A stretch of 64,000 nucleotides of DNA from an uncultured Acidobacteriota bacterium (GCA_963843575.1 CAWJKZ010000009.1:1-64000); one strand, 5' to 3'. Positions 1-11,598 are shown, counted from the first letter of the stretch. Notes: a model not told the origin generated them from the letters alone. Made by a program: numbers and translations.

Positions 1-920
1 GTTAAGTCAAGCGGCGGCGACCAGGTTCTCCCGCCGTCCTCAGAAATCTGAAGCTCTCGGCCCCCCACGCCCAATCCGCCCCAGATAACTCGGCCCAACT
101 GGTTCTTCTGGGCGAAATTGAAGAGCCTTGCGCCGCGGTGCCCGGAGGCTATCATCTCAGGCACACCCCAGTGGACGCCGTCGTCCTCCGAAGCAGAGCC
201 CCAAACGCCGCGCGCACCACCGGCGCCGCTACTGGTCTCAGCCCAACACGTGAGCAGCCGTCCCTGTTGGGTAGCGACGAGAGAGACACGATAGGGAAAG
301 TATGCGCCGTCTCCAGTCTGGCTTATCTGCACAGGTTGGACCAGTCGAGCCATCGGATGCGAGCCGAATATGGTCGACCGTGCGGTCGCGGGTTGTCACT
401 ACAATATGAATGCTGTCGTGCGCATCAATGGCGGCGGCAACCTCCAGGAGCGAGCTTGTCGCCATAGACTGCGACAGGCGCCTGCCAACTTCTGAGATCA
501 CTGGTCTTCTGCAAATGGACTCGGGTATGCCAGCACGGCATTCGTGTTCCAGATCACGTGCAGATAGCCCTGCGAATCCTCAACGGCCGACAACGTGGGT
601 GGTATTGCGCCGTCCGGCGTCACGAGGACATCAAGTGGCGTCGTCCAGCCGCCATCAACCCACCGGGCATAGTAGAGGGCCACCGGCCCGTCCGGATCGT
701 CCGCCGGTCTGCCAAAGAAAAGCAAATGCGTGTTATTGGAGGGTCCTGTGCACACGATGGGATTCGTGCCATTGTCGTCTGTCGGCCCCTCTAGAAGCAG
801 CTCGGCCTCGGACCAGCCTTCGGGGGTTCCTTGGGCCTGGGCTGGCTGTGGCATCGTTGCCAGCAGACTCAGCGCCAGCGCAAGCACCAGGAATGATGCT
901 GCCGCAATTCTACACAGCAT
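1..920 (-). CDS. Secreted BNR/Asp-box repeat (sialidase-like beta-propeller) protein; frameshifted, runs off the window
   Basis: Signal peptide MLCRIAAASFLVLALALSLLA..AQA in ORF 498..959; continues in ORF 238..501; Asp-box SEDGGRTW on the minus strand at ~20-50. Confidence 0.55.
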
Positions 921-2178
921 GGCTGATCTGCTTGAGACACGCGAGGGCAGAGCGAGCACAGATCGAAAGGAATCCTCGTTGCAGCAGGCGCTGGGGCGTG
1001 TGCCATGCCAGGGGCACGGCGCTCTGCAGAACCAAGCCCGGCTCGCCGAGCTTAAAACCTCCGTAGAAGCGCACTTGGTGATACTGATCCCACACTATGG
1101 ATTCGAAACGGCGCCTCTGTTCCTGCTCAATGGGCAACGTCACAAGGACAGCCCCGATCTGATCGACGCTCACAACGTGGTCCTCCAATGGTTCACGCAC
1201 CGTCCTTAGGGCTGCGGCCTGGGGTGCTTCCTCCAGGATATGGTACCGTTCGATGGCCTCCCGGAAGTAACAGCCCGCCTCAACCGCTTGCCCCGATCGC
1301 TGCAACATAACACCAGCCGCCCACACAAAACCACCCAGGATGCGGCGCTTGTCTTGCTCCGAGACCACTGAGGCATACGGCTCTACCTCCAGATAGTGGG
1401 CAAAGATCATCTGCGTTTCCTGGATCAGTTTCAGCTCCGAGAAGACGGTCTTGCTCTTGCCGTGCCTGCGGAAGGTGCTCATGACGCCCGGCACGTATTG
1501 GCATCGGGCGTGCGGCGCCACGCGCATCCAAAAATCGTTATCGGCCGAAACGTAGTATTGCTCGCTGACCGGGCCAGCCAGATCGTTCAGCCGTCGTTGC
1601 CAGAAGACGGACGGGGTGTGGATCATCCCGCCCTCCGCCATGGCAGCGAGGCTGAACTCCCTGGGCTGAAAGATGTCGCGCAGCTTGCCCATCTCGTCGG
1701 TATAGCGCACGTCGCCGTAGATCAGGTCCACGGCCTCCGGATGTGCCAGGTATGGGCCGAGCCGGGTCAACACGCCGGGGACATACGTGTCATCGGCGTT
1801 CAGCCAGCCCAGCCAGATACCGGTCGCGCGCTCAAAGCCCTTGTTGGTCGCGTGGCTTTGCCCGCGGTCCGGCTCACTGACCCAGGACGCTATCCAGGTC
1901 TCGTACTTGTGGATAAGACCCACTGTGCCGTCAGTGCTGCCACCGTCGATGACGATGATCTCCAGGTTGGGATAGCCCTGGAGCAGCGCCGAGCGCAGCG
2001 ATTCCTCAAAGAACTCCGCGGCGTTGAACGTCGCCATGATAACGCTGAGCTTCGGCCAAGGGGAGCCATCCGGCCTTACGTCCGGCAGACGCAGGCTTTC
2101 CTCGGTCCACGGCCAGCCGGTTTTGCCCGACGGAGGCGGGGGTAGGACTAGGCGCATTTCAGTTTTCTCGCTTTTCAT
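910..2178 (-). CDS. Family 2 glycosyltransferase
   Basis: GKTGWPW N-terminus, IDGGSTDGT, EPDRGQSHA, WLNADD motifs. Confidence 0.9.
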   Translation of the reverse strand: MKSEKTEMRLVLPPPPSGKTGWPWTEESLRLPDVRPDGSPWPKLSVIMATFNAAEFFEESLRSALLQGYPNLEIIVIDGGSTDGTVGLIHKYETWIASWVSEPDRGQSHATNKGFERATGIWLGWLNADDTYVPGVLTRLGPYLAHPEAVDLIYGDVRYTDEMGKLRDIFQPREFSLAAMAEGGMIHTPSVFWQRRLNDLAGPVSEQYYVSADNDFWMRVAPHARCQYVPGVMSTFRRHGKSKTVFSELKLIQETQMIFAHYLEVEPYASVVSEQDKRRILGGFVWAAGVMLQRSGQAVEAGCYFREAIERYHILEEAPQAAALRTVREPLEDHVVSVDQIGAVLVTLPIEQEQRRRFESIVWDQYHQVRFYGGFKLGEPGLVLQSAVPLAWHTPQRLLQRGFLSICARSALACLKQISHAV

Positions 2179-3329
2179 CGATTCTGCTGACGCGTCGGAT
2201 ACGTTCAGGCAGCCTGAGACGCGTCTTGACAATGAATGAGAGCACGCCACGATCACAGCCAGCCTGGGTCGAGCGAAAGCGCGAGTTTCAGGTCGCTCCA
2301 AGCGCTCAGGGGATTGTCACGATGTGTCTGGAAGAAACGCCTCATAGCAACGCGCGCTTGTGCTTGATCCAGATCGCGCTTGGGTATCACCATTTCTGGC
2401 GGCACGATGTCACAAAGCAGTTGCCGAGCATTCTGCCATCGCCCCGTGCGTTGTTGCGTGTACAACATATTCTCCCAGGATCCCTATGCAGCTTGGATGA
2501 AAAAAGCCCGGAGCCTGCTGAATCGCTTTGGCCAGGAACATGGAGGCAATGCTGCGCTGTTGAAACTCGATAGCCTGTAATGCCATAGACAGATACAGCG
2601 AAGCCGTTGCGCATGACTTGAGTCGAATGATCTCATTGTATGATCCCACATCGCAAAACTGACGCTCTAGTGCTCCATCGCTGCAGCCGTGTGACTCTCG
2701 ACAGAACGGGTTGAATTGCCTTCATGTCGGAGATAGTTGCAGACCGGCTGCGGTAATACCATCATAGGACAAGCCAGTCGCGCCAAACGCAGGTACAAGT
2801 CCCAGTCTTCTGCCGTTTCATACTCTCGATCAAATCCACCTGCGCGATCAAACCAGTCGCGCCTCACAAAGATGCTGCTGGGCACGCCATAGCAGTGCAA
2901 GAGCCAGCCTTTCAATGTAAGATCAGTCTGCGCCCCCAAGATGGATCGCTCGATGATATTCCCGCACCAATCCACCACGTTACGGCTACCGACAAGCATA
3001 CCGATGTCCGGAAATACCTTTGCCGCCGATCTTACCTTGTCAAAGGCGCTGGGAGTGTATGTATCGTCTGAATCCAGAAATCCAAGCCATCTCCCTTGCG
3101 CCAGGCGAGCGCCATGGTTTCGCGCTTCCGAGCGGCCTTGATTGCTCTGCCACACATACTTGACGCCTGCTCCCTGCACGTACGGCTCAACGACGGTTCT
3201 CGTTGCGTCAGTCGATCCATCGTCAACGATGATGAGCTCGTCAGCGTTTGCTCTCTGCACGAGGACGCTGTCGATAGCATCGGGCAACAGGTCCGATCGG
3301 TTGAATGTTGGGATGATAACGCTAATCAT
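2160..3329 (-). CDS. Family 2 glycosyltransferase, C-terminus split by frameshifts
   Basis: MISVIIPTFNR, VDDGSTD, FLDSDD, EDWD in ORF 2667..3329; helical C-terminal part in ORFs 2410..2649 and 2253..2468. Confidence 0.8.
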
Positions 3330-3418
3330 CGATTACTCCAAGACCATGCCTATCTAGCAATCTGACGAGGCGTCCACGGCAGCGCATAGCATGTGCCGCC
3401 CAGGGCGGTATGGTGAAA

Positions 3419-4531
3419 TCAGAATGCTGCCTGTCCCATCTCTGATTTGACAACTTCTAGGTAATCATGCCCAAAACGCTGATCAGGTTCCATGTAGTTG
3501 CCCTCGGCCCACTCATTCCACGCCTTTAGGAACACTAGCCGATGCTCGGGTCTGCGCTCTGCAACCAGCGTGATGGCTTCACGGAGGTGGGCGCGAAACA
3601 GCTCGGGGGATGAGCCTTGAAGCACGAGCCCGTTGGCGCCGGACCTGGGAGTGTTATCCCAGCTGGGCAACACGCAAGGGTAGAGGTTGGGATCGGCACG
3701 GTTGAACAAACGGAAGGCTAACTTGATCGCTTCGGAGTATGGCACGATCGTCGGCCCTGGGTGCTGGCCATTCTTTACGTACTTGAGAACCCGGTTGATC
3801 GCACGCCTCATCAGCGTCGTCTTTGGCGCAGGCCTCATATTCAACGCTGTCAATATGCTATTGGGGTGCTCGGGAACAAGGCCATCAAAACCGTAAGAAG
3901 CGTAGTCGAAACTGGGCGTGTCAGTCGCCAGGAGGTAGAGCCCCTTCAGCCCGACTGAATTGGCCAGGTCTCTCCACACTTCCGTGAACGCTCGGAGATT
4001 GGGAATCTCCTCTGGGAAGAATATCAGGAATAGCGGCTTCCCATCTACGCAGATATAGCGTCTATCGCGCAAGGCCGGTAGTACTGCGGCAAAATGACGC
4101 TCGTAGTCCTCCCGGTTGCTGGAGGTTTGCTCTATGAGGATTCTCTCTTGTTCACCGTACCACACGCCCGTCCATGATGGCACTGCCCAGGCCAGACAGA
4201 AGGGAAAGTTGGGCTCTCCCGATTCGAGCACTTCTTCGAATGGGCGTTGAAGGATACGGCGACCGCCAAACCAGTAATGCCAGTAACAAAAGCCCTCGAT
4301 GCCGTGCTGCCGCGCCAGGTCCGCCTGGGCAATTCGCGTCTCGGGCACCCTCAGATCATAGAAACCCAGGTCCGCGGGTAGATTGGGTTGATGATGACCA
4401 GGAAACAGCGGCTTCGCCTTTGCAACATTGGTCCACTCGGTGAATCCCTTGCCCCACCATTCGTCGTTTTCGGGGATTGGGTGAAATTGAGGAAGGTAGA
4501 AAGCGATCAGCCTGGCTGAAGAACTGGTCAT
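3419..4531 (-). CDS. WbsX-family / GH99-like polysaccharide biosynthesis protein
   Basis: IAFYLPQFHPIPENDEWWGKGFTEWTNV, WDNTPR, AWNEWAEGNYMEPD signatures. Confidence 0.9.
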   Translation of the reverse strand: MTSSSARLIAFYLPQFHPIPENDEWWGKGFTEWTNVAKAKPLFPGHHQPNLPADLGFYDLRVPETRIAQADLARQHGIEGFCYWHYWFGGRRILQRPFEEVLESGEPNFPFCLAWAVPSWTGVWYGEQERILIEQTSSNREDYERHFAAVLPALRDRRYICVDGKPLFLIFFPEEIPNLRAFTEVWRDLANSVGLKGLYLLATDTPSFDYASYGFDGLVPEHPNSILTALNMRPAPKTTLMRRAINRVLKYVKNGQHPGPTIVPYSEAIKLAFRLFNRADPNLYPCVLPSWDNTPRSGANGLVLQGSSPELFRAHLREAITLVAERRPEHRLVFLKAWNEWAEGNYMEPDQRFGHDYLEVVKSEMGQAAF

Positions 4532-4614
4532 GATAGCAGCCTCTTCCTGGAATTCCCCGCACAGCGTCGCAGTGCTCCTTGGTGCTCGACGTGCACCTTC
4601 CTTTGGACTAGGCA

Positions 4615-5963
4615 TCATCTCGCTAGAAACCCCAAAGCTCTGCGCAGTGCATCGGAGATCCGATGACCTAAGAACGCTTCGGACAGGATGGATAGGCTGC
4701 CCCAGTTCAGCATCCACGTGGGCCTAAGTCGGAGAATGAGGGCGGCTGATCTGCGCCCCCCCCGGTAGTCTCCGCGTTCGACGAGCTCGTAGAGGTAGGC
4801 CAAGTGGAGCTCCTCGCGAATCTGCCTCGCAAGATCGGCTGTGATGCAATGGTCCGACAGGCTTGGCCCGAGAACATGATGGAGGCACTGATCCAGCACG
4901 GTCACTGAGTGAGGCGGGGGGGCGCACTGTCGGCACCAGCCCGCGATGAGGTGGGCAAGCGCATCTCGGTCCGCGATGACAGTCGGATCGAGAGACAGAC
5001 CTCTGTGGAGCGTCCTCCCCACCCCCGGAGCATTTCCAGCCAGCGCCTCACATTCGGCCTCCGTAACGGCATGCCGTGCCCATGCACTATTAGCTACCTT
5101 TGCCGAGACGCTGCGTCTGCCTGGTTCCTGCAGATAGCGCGCGCGCACCGTCCTGTGCTCCTGCAGAACTCGCCGGCTGGCGAAGAGCATCTTGGTGGTA
5201 TTGGTGGGATGCACCCGATACAGAGCCAGAGGTTCCGGCACGCACCTGATGAGCGAGCGCTCTGCGATCTTGAGCCACATATCCCAATCCCCCGACCCCA
5301 GCAATGTCTCATCGAAGGGCCCGACCTGATCTAGTACGGAGCAACGAAAGACCGCGGTAGACGCAGGGATGTGGCACCATTTCAGCAACATTTCAAACTC
5401 CCTCGATGGGTCAGGTGCGCCCCTCCCGGACGGCTTGCCCCCATTCAGCCGCCCCCCAGATTCGTCGATGGCGATTACGAACCCATATACCAAGGCCGTG
5501 TCAGGGTGTCTGTCGAAGACCTCCATCTGACGCTCGAGCTTGTGCGGGAGCCAGACATCGTCCGAGTCAAGCAGCGCAATATAGTCGCCGGACGCGGCCG
5601 CCAGCCCAGCATTACGAGCAGCTGGGTGCCACTGTTCTGCTGGCAGATGAGGGTGATGGAATCGCCATATCCCCTGAGTATCTCCCGCGTCCCGTCAGTT
5701 GACCCATCGTCCACTACTACTGTTTCCACGAGCGGGTAGGTCTGGTGGAGAATGCTATCAATGCACTGCCTGATATATCCGACGTGGTTGTAGGCCGGGA
5801 CAATCACACTAACTAGCGGGGTCTCTCGCAAGGGTTGCTCTGGTGCTCGATGGGCATTGGTGATTTGCGCACCGCTCGGGCGCATGTTGTCCAGAGGGTC
5901 ATCGCTAGACACGTGTACCTGCCGGGGGCACCATGTCACCGGAGGAACCGCCAGATCTGTCAT
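4615..5963 (-). CDS. Family 2 glycosyltransferase (one frameshift near 5620)
   Basis: VSVIVPAYNH..VDDGSTDGT in ORF 5475..5981; DWDMWL..YRVH in ORF 4615..5526; ATG at 5963 overlaps the wzt stop (ATGA). Confidence 0.8.
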
Positions 5964-7234
5964 TGGGAATCGATCCTCCACCTTGAGCGCATCAGTATCG
6001 GTCCATAGACGGGCAGGTAGGGTTCACCGTTACCATAGTTGTTCTTCCACCCGACCTGAAACCAGCCCGCTTGCTCAACCACGTCGATGTTCTCTCGCTT
6101 TGTGCCAATATCAACGCTTATAGCATACCTTCCCGGCGCGAGCGGGAGTGCGTCGACCTCGCATCTCGCACGAACTCTAGCTTTTTAATCGGGTGGCACT
6201 CGTTCTCCTGGGCAAACGAACCGAGACTCATGATCCTTCGCCCATACGCATCCTCGACTGCGACTGTGATGCGAGGAAGCGCAATCTGGCCTACTGGCTC
6301 CAGAATGGACTCGGCTGTGAATCTCTCGTCTGGATAGAAGATAGAGGTCTGGTGCCCAGAAGGCGCGACTAGCCGAAGCAACTTGATGATCGGTGAAAAG
6401 CCAGATGGCCTTCCCTTGTGGTGCTCAAGGAAGAACACACTCGCTTCGGCAGCTTCACCCACGTTCAGATAGTCCACGACAACGCGTTCTGGCGCACCGA
6501 CCTGGCTCAAACGTCCCTGCTCAAATAGCAGTATAACTCGTCCGCACAATTGCTGCACCGCCGCCATGTTGTGGCTCACGAACAGCACCGTCCGCCCTTC
6601 CTTCGCCACGTCCCCCATCTTGCCCAGGCACTTCTTCTGGAACTCCGCGTCGCCCACCGCCAGCACCTCGTCCACCAGCAGGATCTCCGGCTCCAGGTGC
6701 GCGGCCACGGCGAAGGCCAGGCGCACGTACATGCCGCTGGAGTAGCGCTTGACCGGCGTGTCGAGGAACTTCTCGATCTCGGCGAAGGCGACGATCTCGT
6801 CGAACTTGCGGTCGATCTCGGCGCTGCTTCATGCCCAGGATGGCGCCGTTCAGGTAGATGTTCTCGCGGCCGGTCAGCTCGGGGTGGAAGCCGGTGCCCA
6901 CCTCCAGCAGGCTGCCCACGCGGCCGCGGATCTCGACCCGGCCCTCGGTCGGCTCGGTGATGCGGCGAGAGGATCTTGAGCAGCGTGCTCTTGCCCGCGC
7001 CGTTGCGGCCGATGATGCCCACCACCTCGCCGCGCTTGACCTCGAAGGAGACGTCCTTCAGCGCCCAGAAGTCGTCGTCGGACTGCGCTCGGCGACTGCC
7101 GCTTGCGCCAGCAGCCGAGCGCATCGAAGCGCGCGACGACCAGCGCGTCGCGCAGCGTGTCGTGGCGCTGCTGGCGCGCGCCGATGCGGTAGCAGCTTGC
7201 CCAGGTTCTCGACGCGGATGGCGATGTCGCTCAT
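5960..7234 (-). CDS. wzt: Polysaccharide ABC exporter ATP-binding subunit with C-terminal domain (several frameshifts)
   Basis: [25 protein letters not shown] (Walker A), YSSGM-VRLAF signature, [18 protein letters not shown], spread over several frames. Confidence 0.85.
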
Positions 7235-7241
7235 GATCAGC

Positions 7242-8080
7242 TTACATGACGTCCGCAAAGGTGCGCTCCGTGCGGCGGAAGAAGACAGGCCCGCTGACCA
7301 GCACGACCAGCGACGATGGCCGACGCGAGACGAGCAGCAGGCCGGGCGCCGCGCGTCGGCCAGGCGCTCGCCCAGCAGCGCCCAGCGGAAGCCCTCGACC
7401 ACGCCGGCCATCGGGTTCAGCGCCAGCAGCCAGCGGAACCGCTCCGGGATCAGCGTGCTGCCGTAGACGACCGGCGTCACGTACATCCAGATCTGCACCA
7501 GGAAGGGGACCAGGTAGTTGACGTCGCGGTACCGCACGTTGAGCGCCGCCAGCCACAGCCCGAAGCCCAGCGCCGTGGCGATCGCCAGCAGCAGGAACAG
7601 CGGGCAGCAGCAGACCACGGCCCAGGTGGGCGCGATGCCGTAGAAGACCATCAGCCCGACGAGCACGACGAACGCGACGGCGAAATCGACCAGCCCGGAC
7701 GAGCACGCCGGACAGCGGGATGACCAGCCGCGGGAAGTAGACCTTGGTGATCAGGTTGGCGCTGCCCACCAGGCTGGTCGCCGACGCGGGTCAGCGCGCC
7801 GGCGAAGTAGTTCCAGGGCAGCAGCGCGGCGTAGGCGAAGACGGGATAGGGCACGCCGCCGGACGGCACCTTGAGCAGCCCGCCGAAGAGCAGCGTGAAG
7901 ACCACCATGCTGACCACCGGCTGCAGGACGATCCAGGCCACGCCCAGCGCGGTCTGCTTGTAGCGCACCTTGACGTCGCGCCAGACCAGGAAGTAGAGCA
8001 GCTCGCGGTACTCCCACACGGCGCGCAGCTGCAGCGAGGCCAGGCCGCGGGTGGGCTCGATGACCAGGCGGTGGGGGGAG
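7242..8080 (-). CDS. wzm: Polysaccharide ABC exporter permease (frameshifted, 5' end cut off)
   Basis: YRELLYFLVWRDVKVRYKQTALG, NLITKVYFPRLVIP, RYRDV..TPVVY..LNPM, FRRTERTFADVM. Confidence 0.85.
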
Positions 8081-8998
8081 CCCACCTGGAGAAAGGTCCT
8101 TCGCCTCCCCGATCTTGAACAATCCAAAGATGCGGTCATCAACTCGCTCCCGGCCCGTACGTCTCAGGTTTCCTATCGCCACGCGATCGAAGAGTTCATC
8201 TCCTGGTACTGTTCTGAGCCACGACTCGCATTCAACAGGACGGTCGTGCTTCGATACCGGTTCTTCCTGGAACAGGCACGCCTCGCCCCGGCCACCATCA
8301 ATGTGCGGCTCGCTGCCGTGTGCCGGTTGGCCTACGAGGCTGCCGATGCCGGACTGCTGAGCCCAGAACTGGCGGCCGGAATTGCCAGGGTGAAGGGGGC
8401 GAAACGGCTGGGCGTTCGTGCTGGCAACTGGCTGACCGCAGAACAGGGCCAAGCCCTCCTACGAAGTTTTGCGAAAATCGATCTGCGGTCGTTGCGGGAT
8501 TGTGCCATGGTGTCTCTGCTGCTGGGTTGCGGGCTTCGGCGCTCGGAACTGGTGGCGTTGCACCTTGAAGACATCCAGTTGCGTGACGAGCATTGGGCGG
8601 TGGCGGACTTGGTCGGCAAGGGTCGGCACATTCGGACAGTGCCTATTCCGGCCTGGGCCAAACGAGCTCTCGACGACTGGACTTCTGCAGCCGAAATCAG
8701 GGCCGGAATCATCTTCCGGAGAGTGAGTAGGAAAGGGCGAATCTGGGGCGACAGCCTGACACCAAAGGCGGTGTGGCATGTGGTGCGGGATGTTGGACGG
8801 CTTGCAGGTATCCCGCAGATCGCCCCGCATGACCTCCGCCGCACCTGCGCCCGGCTGTGCCACCTGGCTGGCGGCGAGTTGGAGCAGATCCAGTTCTTGC
8901 TGGGGCACGTCTCGGTGCAGACGACGGAACGGTACCTCGGCTGTAAGCAAAGGCTTCGGCACGCAGTTAACGACCGACTCGGCCTGGAGGACGTCTGA
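8051..8998 (+). CDS. Tyrosine recombinase/integrase (native start probably missing)
   Basis: GCGLRRSE (R), GKG, HDLRRT (HxxR), LGH, TTERY catalytic residues. Confidence 0.9.
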   Translation: MGSMTRRWGEPTWRKVLRLPDLEQSKDAVINSLPARTSQVSYRHAIEEFISWYCSEPRLAFNRTVVLRYRFFLEQARLAPATINVRLAAVCRLAYEAADAGLLSPELAAGIARVKGAKRLGVRAGNWLTAEQGQALLRSFAKIDLRSLRDCAMVSLLLGCGLRRSELVALHLEDIQLRDEHWAVADLVGKGRHIRTVPIPAWAKRALDDWTSAAEIRAGIIFRRVSRKGRIWGDSLTPKAVWHVVRDVGRLAGIPQIAPHDLRRTCARLCHLAGGELEQIQFLLGHVSVQTTERYLGCKQRLRHAVNDRLGLEDV

Positions 8999-9142
8999 GC
9001 CGGGTCGACTGCCAGGGGCGACGCGAAGGAGTCATCTCCTCGAAGGCGACTTGAACTGAGCCGCTGCGCGGCGGACGCTTCGCGTGCGCGGTGATTCACA
9101 TCTGTGCCAGTGCGGTAGTGTGTGGGTCAACGGAGGTGTCCA

Positions 9143-10030
9143 ATGACCCACTTACGAAAGATGGTGCTCGAAGAGCTCGAGCGCCGCAACTATTCAGCCG
9201 CGACCAAAGAGTGCTACATCCACGCTATTGAAGATTTTGCCGGGTATTTCAAACGCCCTCCCGATCAGCTGGGACCCGAGCACATTCGGGAGTACCAGGC
9301 GCATCTGTTTACCAGCAAAAAACTGGCTCCGAACACCGTAAACCAGCGACTTGCGGCCTTGAGGTTCCTCTTCGTCAAGACTCTGAAACGGCGCTGGAAC
9401 GCTGACGAGACTCCCTACCCCAAGAAGGTGATTCGGCTGCCCATAGTGCTGAGCCGGGAAGAAGTCGCACGGCTCATTGACTCGGCTGTTCTTGATTTCC
9501 ACCGGGTCATACTGATGACCCTGTACGCGACTGGAATACGCCGGGCCGAACTGACCCGTCTGAAGGTCAGCGATATCGACAGCCAGAGAATGGTAATTCA
9601 CATCCGGGGAGGGAAAGGGCGCAAGGATCGCGACGTCATGCTCAGCCCGAAGTTGCTCGAAGTCTTACGCGAGCACTGGCGGCGTGTGAAACCGAAGGAA
9701 TGGCTCTTCCCGGGAAATCGCTGGCACACTTCCAGCAATCACATCAGCAGCAAGGTGGTCTGGCATGCTTGCCACAACGCGGCCAAGCGAGCAGGTCTCG
9801 AAAAAAAGGTGCACCCGCACATTTTGAGGCACTGCTTCGCCACCCATCTGCTGGAAGCCGGCACCGATCTGCGCAAGATCCAGATCTTGCTCGGCCACAG
9901 CGATCTGGAAGAAACTACGATTTATCTTCACGTCTCTCAGCTGCACGTCAGCAGGACAATAAGTCCGCTGGACGAGCTGTCCCTGTCAGGCACGGTTACA
10001 CCAGCAGTACCACCGACGGAAGCACCCTAG
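9143..10030 (+). CDS. Tyrosine recombinase with N-terminal SAM-like domain
   Basis: YATGIRRAE, GKGRKDR, HILRHCFATHLLE, LLGHSDLEETTIY. Confidence 0.95.
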   Translation: MTHLRKMVLEELERRNYSAATKECYIHAIEDFAGYFKRPPDQLGPEHIREYQAHLFTSKKLAPNTVNQRLAALRFLFVKTLKRRWNADETPYPKKVIRLPIVLSREEVARLIDSAVLDFHRVILMTLYATGIRRAELTRLKVSDIDSQRMVIHIRGGKGRKDRDVMLSPKLLEVLREHWRRVKPKEWLFPGNRWHTSSNHISSKVVWHACHNAAKRAGLEKKVHPHILRHCFATHLLEAGTDLRKIQILLGHSDLEETTIYLHVSQLHVSRTISPLDELSLSGTVTPAVPPTEAP

Positions 10031-11239
10031 ATGAGCCGGCCACTGCTGGAGGTGGCCGATATCATCCGGGCGGCGGGACAGGCATTCATCGAACGCAGCG
10101 CTCGATGGCTCACGGCGCAGCACCGCAAAGTGCTGAGGCATATCGAGAGCTGCCGAACGGCCGCTCTTGGCGGCCATCTGGATCAGTGTTCCCGGTGCGG
10201 GTATCGCGTCATCTCGTACAACTCATGTAGAGACAGGCATTGCCCAAAGTGTCAGGCCAAGGCCAGAGAGCGCTGGATCAGGGCGCGTGAAGCCGAACTC
10301 CTGCCCACCTCTTACGCTCACATCGTCTTTACGCTGCCCCGCCGCCTGGCTCCTCTCGCACTGCAGAACAAGAGACTGATCTACAACATGCTTTTCCGAC
10401 TCAGTGCTCAAACGCTGCTCGAGGTCGCTCGCAATCCCAAACGCCTCGGCGCCGAGATCGGCTTCTTCAGCGTGCTCCATACCTGGAGTCAGAAGCTGGA
10501 CCATCATCCGCATGTCCATTGCGTCGCTCCCGCCGGTGGACTCTCGCTCGATCACAAGAGCTGGGTCCATCCGCGTCACCGCTTCTTTCTTCCGGATAAA
10601 GCACTCGGGCTCGTATTCCGAGGCAAAATCAGGGAAGCTCTCGAGGACGCTTTCGCACAAGGCAAGCTCGGCTTCCACGGCGAGCTTCAAAATCTGGCGG
10701 ACCCGAAGGTCTTCCACTCCTTTGTCCGGCAGCTGTTCCGTCACGAATGGGTTGTACACTGCAAAGCCCCGTTCGGCGGTCCGGAACATATTCTCCGCTA
10801 CCTTGGCCGCTACACCCATCGGGTGGCCATTTCCAACCATCGCCTGGTTTCCCTCGCGGATGGCAAGGTCACATTCCTCTGGAGAGACCGGGCCCACGGG
10901 AACCGGCAGTTACCCATGACGCTCACTGCGCATGAGTTTCTGCGCCGCTTCCTCCTGCACCTGCTTCCAAAGAGATTCGTCCGCATCCGCAACTTCGGCT
11001 TTCTCGCCAACCGCAAACGCGCGATGCTGCTCCCTGTCTGCTTGCGTCTGCTCGGATGTGTCCGCGAGGCCTCGTACGACCAGGAACAAGCCGCCACCGA
11101 TGGTGTCGAGTCACTGGGGACGTGCCCCAAATGCGGCGGACCGATGATCATGATTATGCTGATAACCCCGGCGGATGTGCTGTTGCGTTCGCCGCCGGCA
11201 TTCATGTTTGTGGACTGTCACCCCGGTGCGCAGGTATGA
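10031..11239 (+). CDS. IS91-family (Y2, HUH) transposase with N-terminal zinc-binding domain
   Basis: CRT..CxxC..YNSCRDRHCPKCQ zinc domain, HPHVHC HUH motif, YLGRY (YxxxY), C-terminal CPKCGG. Confidence 0.95.
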   Translation: MSRPLLEVADIIRAAGQAFIERSARWLTAQHRKVLRHIESCRTAALGGHLDQCSRCGYRVISYNSCRDRHCPKCQAKARERWIRAREAELLPTSYAHIVFTLPRRLAPLALQNKRLIYNMLFRLSAQTLLEVARNPKRLGAEIGFFSVLHTWSQKLDHHPHVHCVAPAGGLSLDHKSWVHPRHRFFLPDKALGLVFRGKIREALEDAFAQGKLGFHGELQNLADPKVFHSFVRQLFRHEWVVHCKAPFGGPEHILRYLGRYTHRVAISNHRLVSLADGKVTFLWRDRAHGNRQLPMTLTAHEFLRRFLLHLLPKRFVRIRNFGFLANRKRAMLLPVCLRLLGCVREASYDQEQAATDGVESLGTCPKCGGPMIMIMLITPADVLLRSPPAFMFVDCHPGAQV

Positions 11240-11430
11240 CACTTACCCGTCTTCGGGCGGGATCAGTTATCGTATGCCTCGCCTGCGTGGAAATGCGAAG
11301 AGAGAGGACCTGAGGCGTTGAAACAAGATCGAAATGCACTACCTCTTTACCATGTAAAACTGCGCAGAAGCTCTCTGCAAATCTCCGCGCCCGTGCACTT
11401 CACATCCCCGCTCCGATTTAAAACCCATTA

Positions 11431-11555
11431 GCACGATCTGTGCCACCGCTCCGCGGCTCCCTTCAAGTCGGTGTATCGGGAGCGCACCCCGATGCATCGC
11501 ACGCGACTCCGGCTTTTTGCTCGTGGGTGCGCCCCCGATACACCTCTAGGACTTC
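11431..11555 (+). repeat. Structured IS91-end (ori-like) sequence, copy 1
   Basis: 20-bp stem 11470-11489/11525-11544; homologous inverted copy at 45076-45196. Confidence 0.8.
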
Positions 11556-11598
11556 CATGGACTGTGGCGTAAGTACGTGCCTCTCGACCTCCTATTGC

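Larger units (their letters stand above)
8090..11555 (+). mobile_element. IS91-like rolling-circle element with two tyrosine recombinases
   Basis: Recombinase-recombinase-Y2 transposase in tandem, followed by a conserved hairpin end; left boundary uncertain. Confidence 0.7.

Noticed and set aside
8051-11239. RIT element or integron
   Set aside because: Only two recombinases, the third gene is a Y2 transposase, and no attC array is seen
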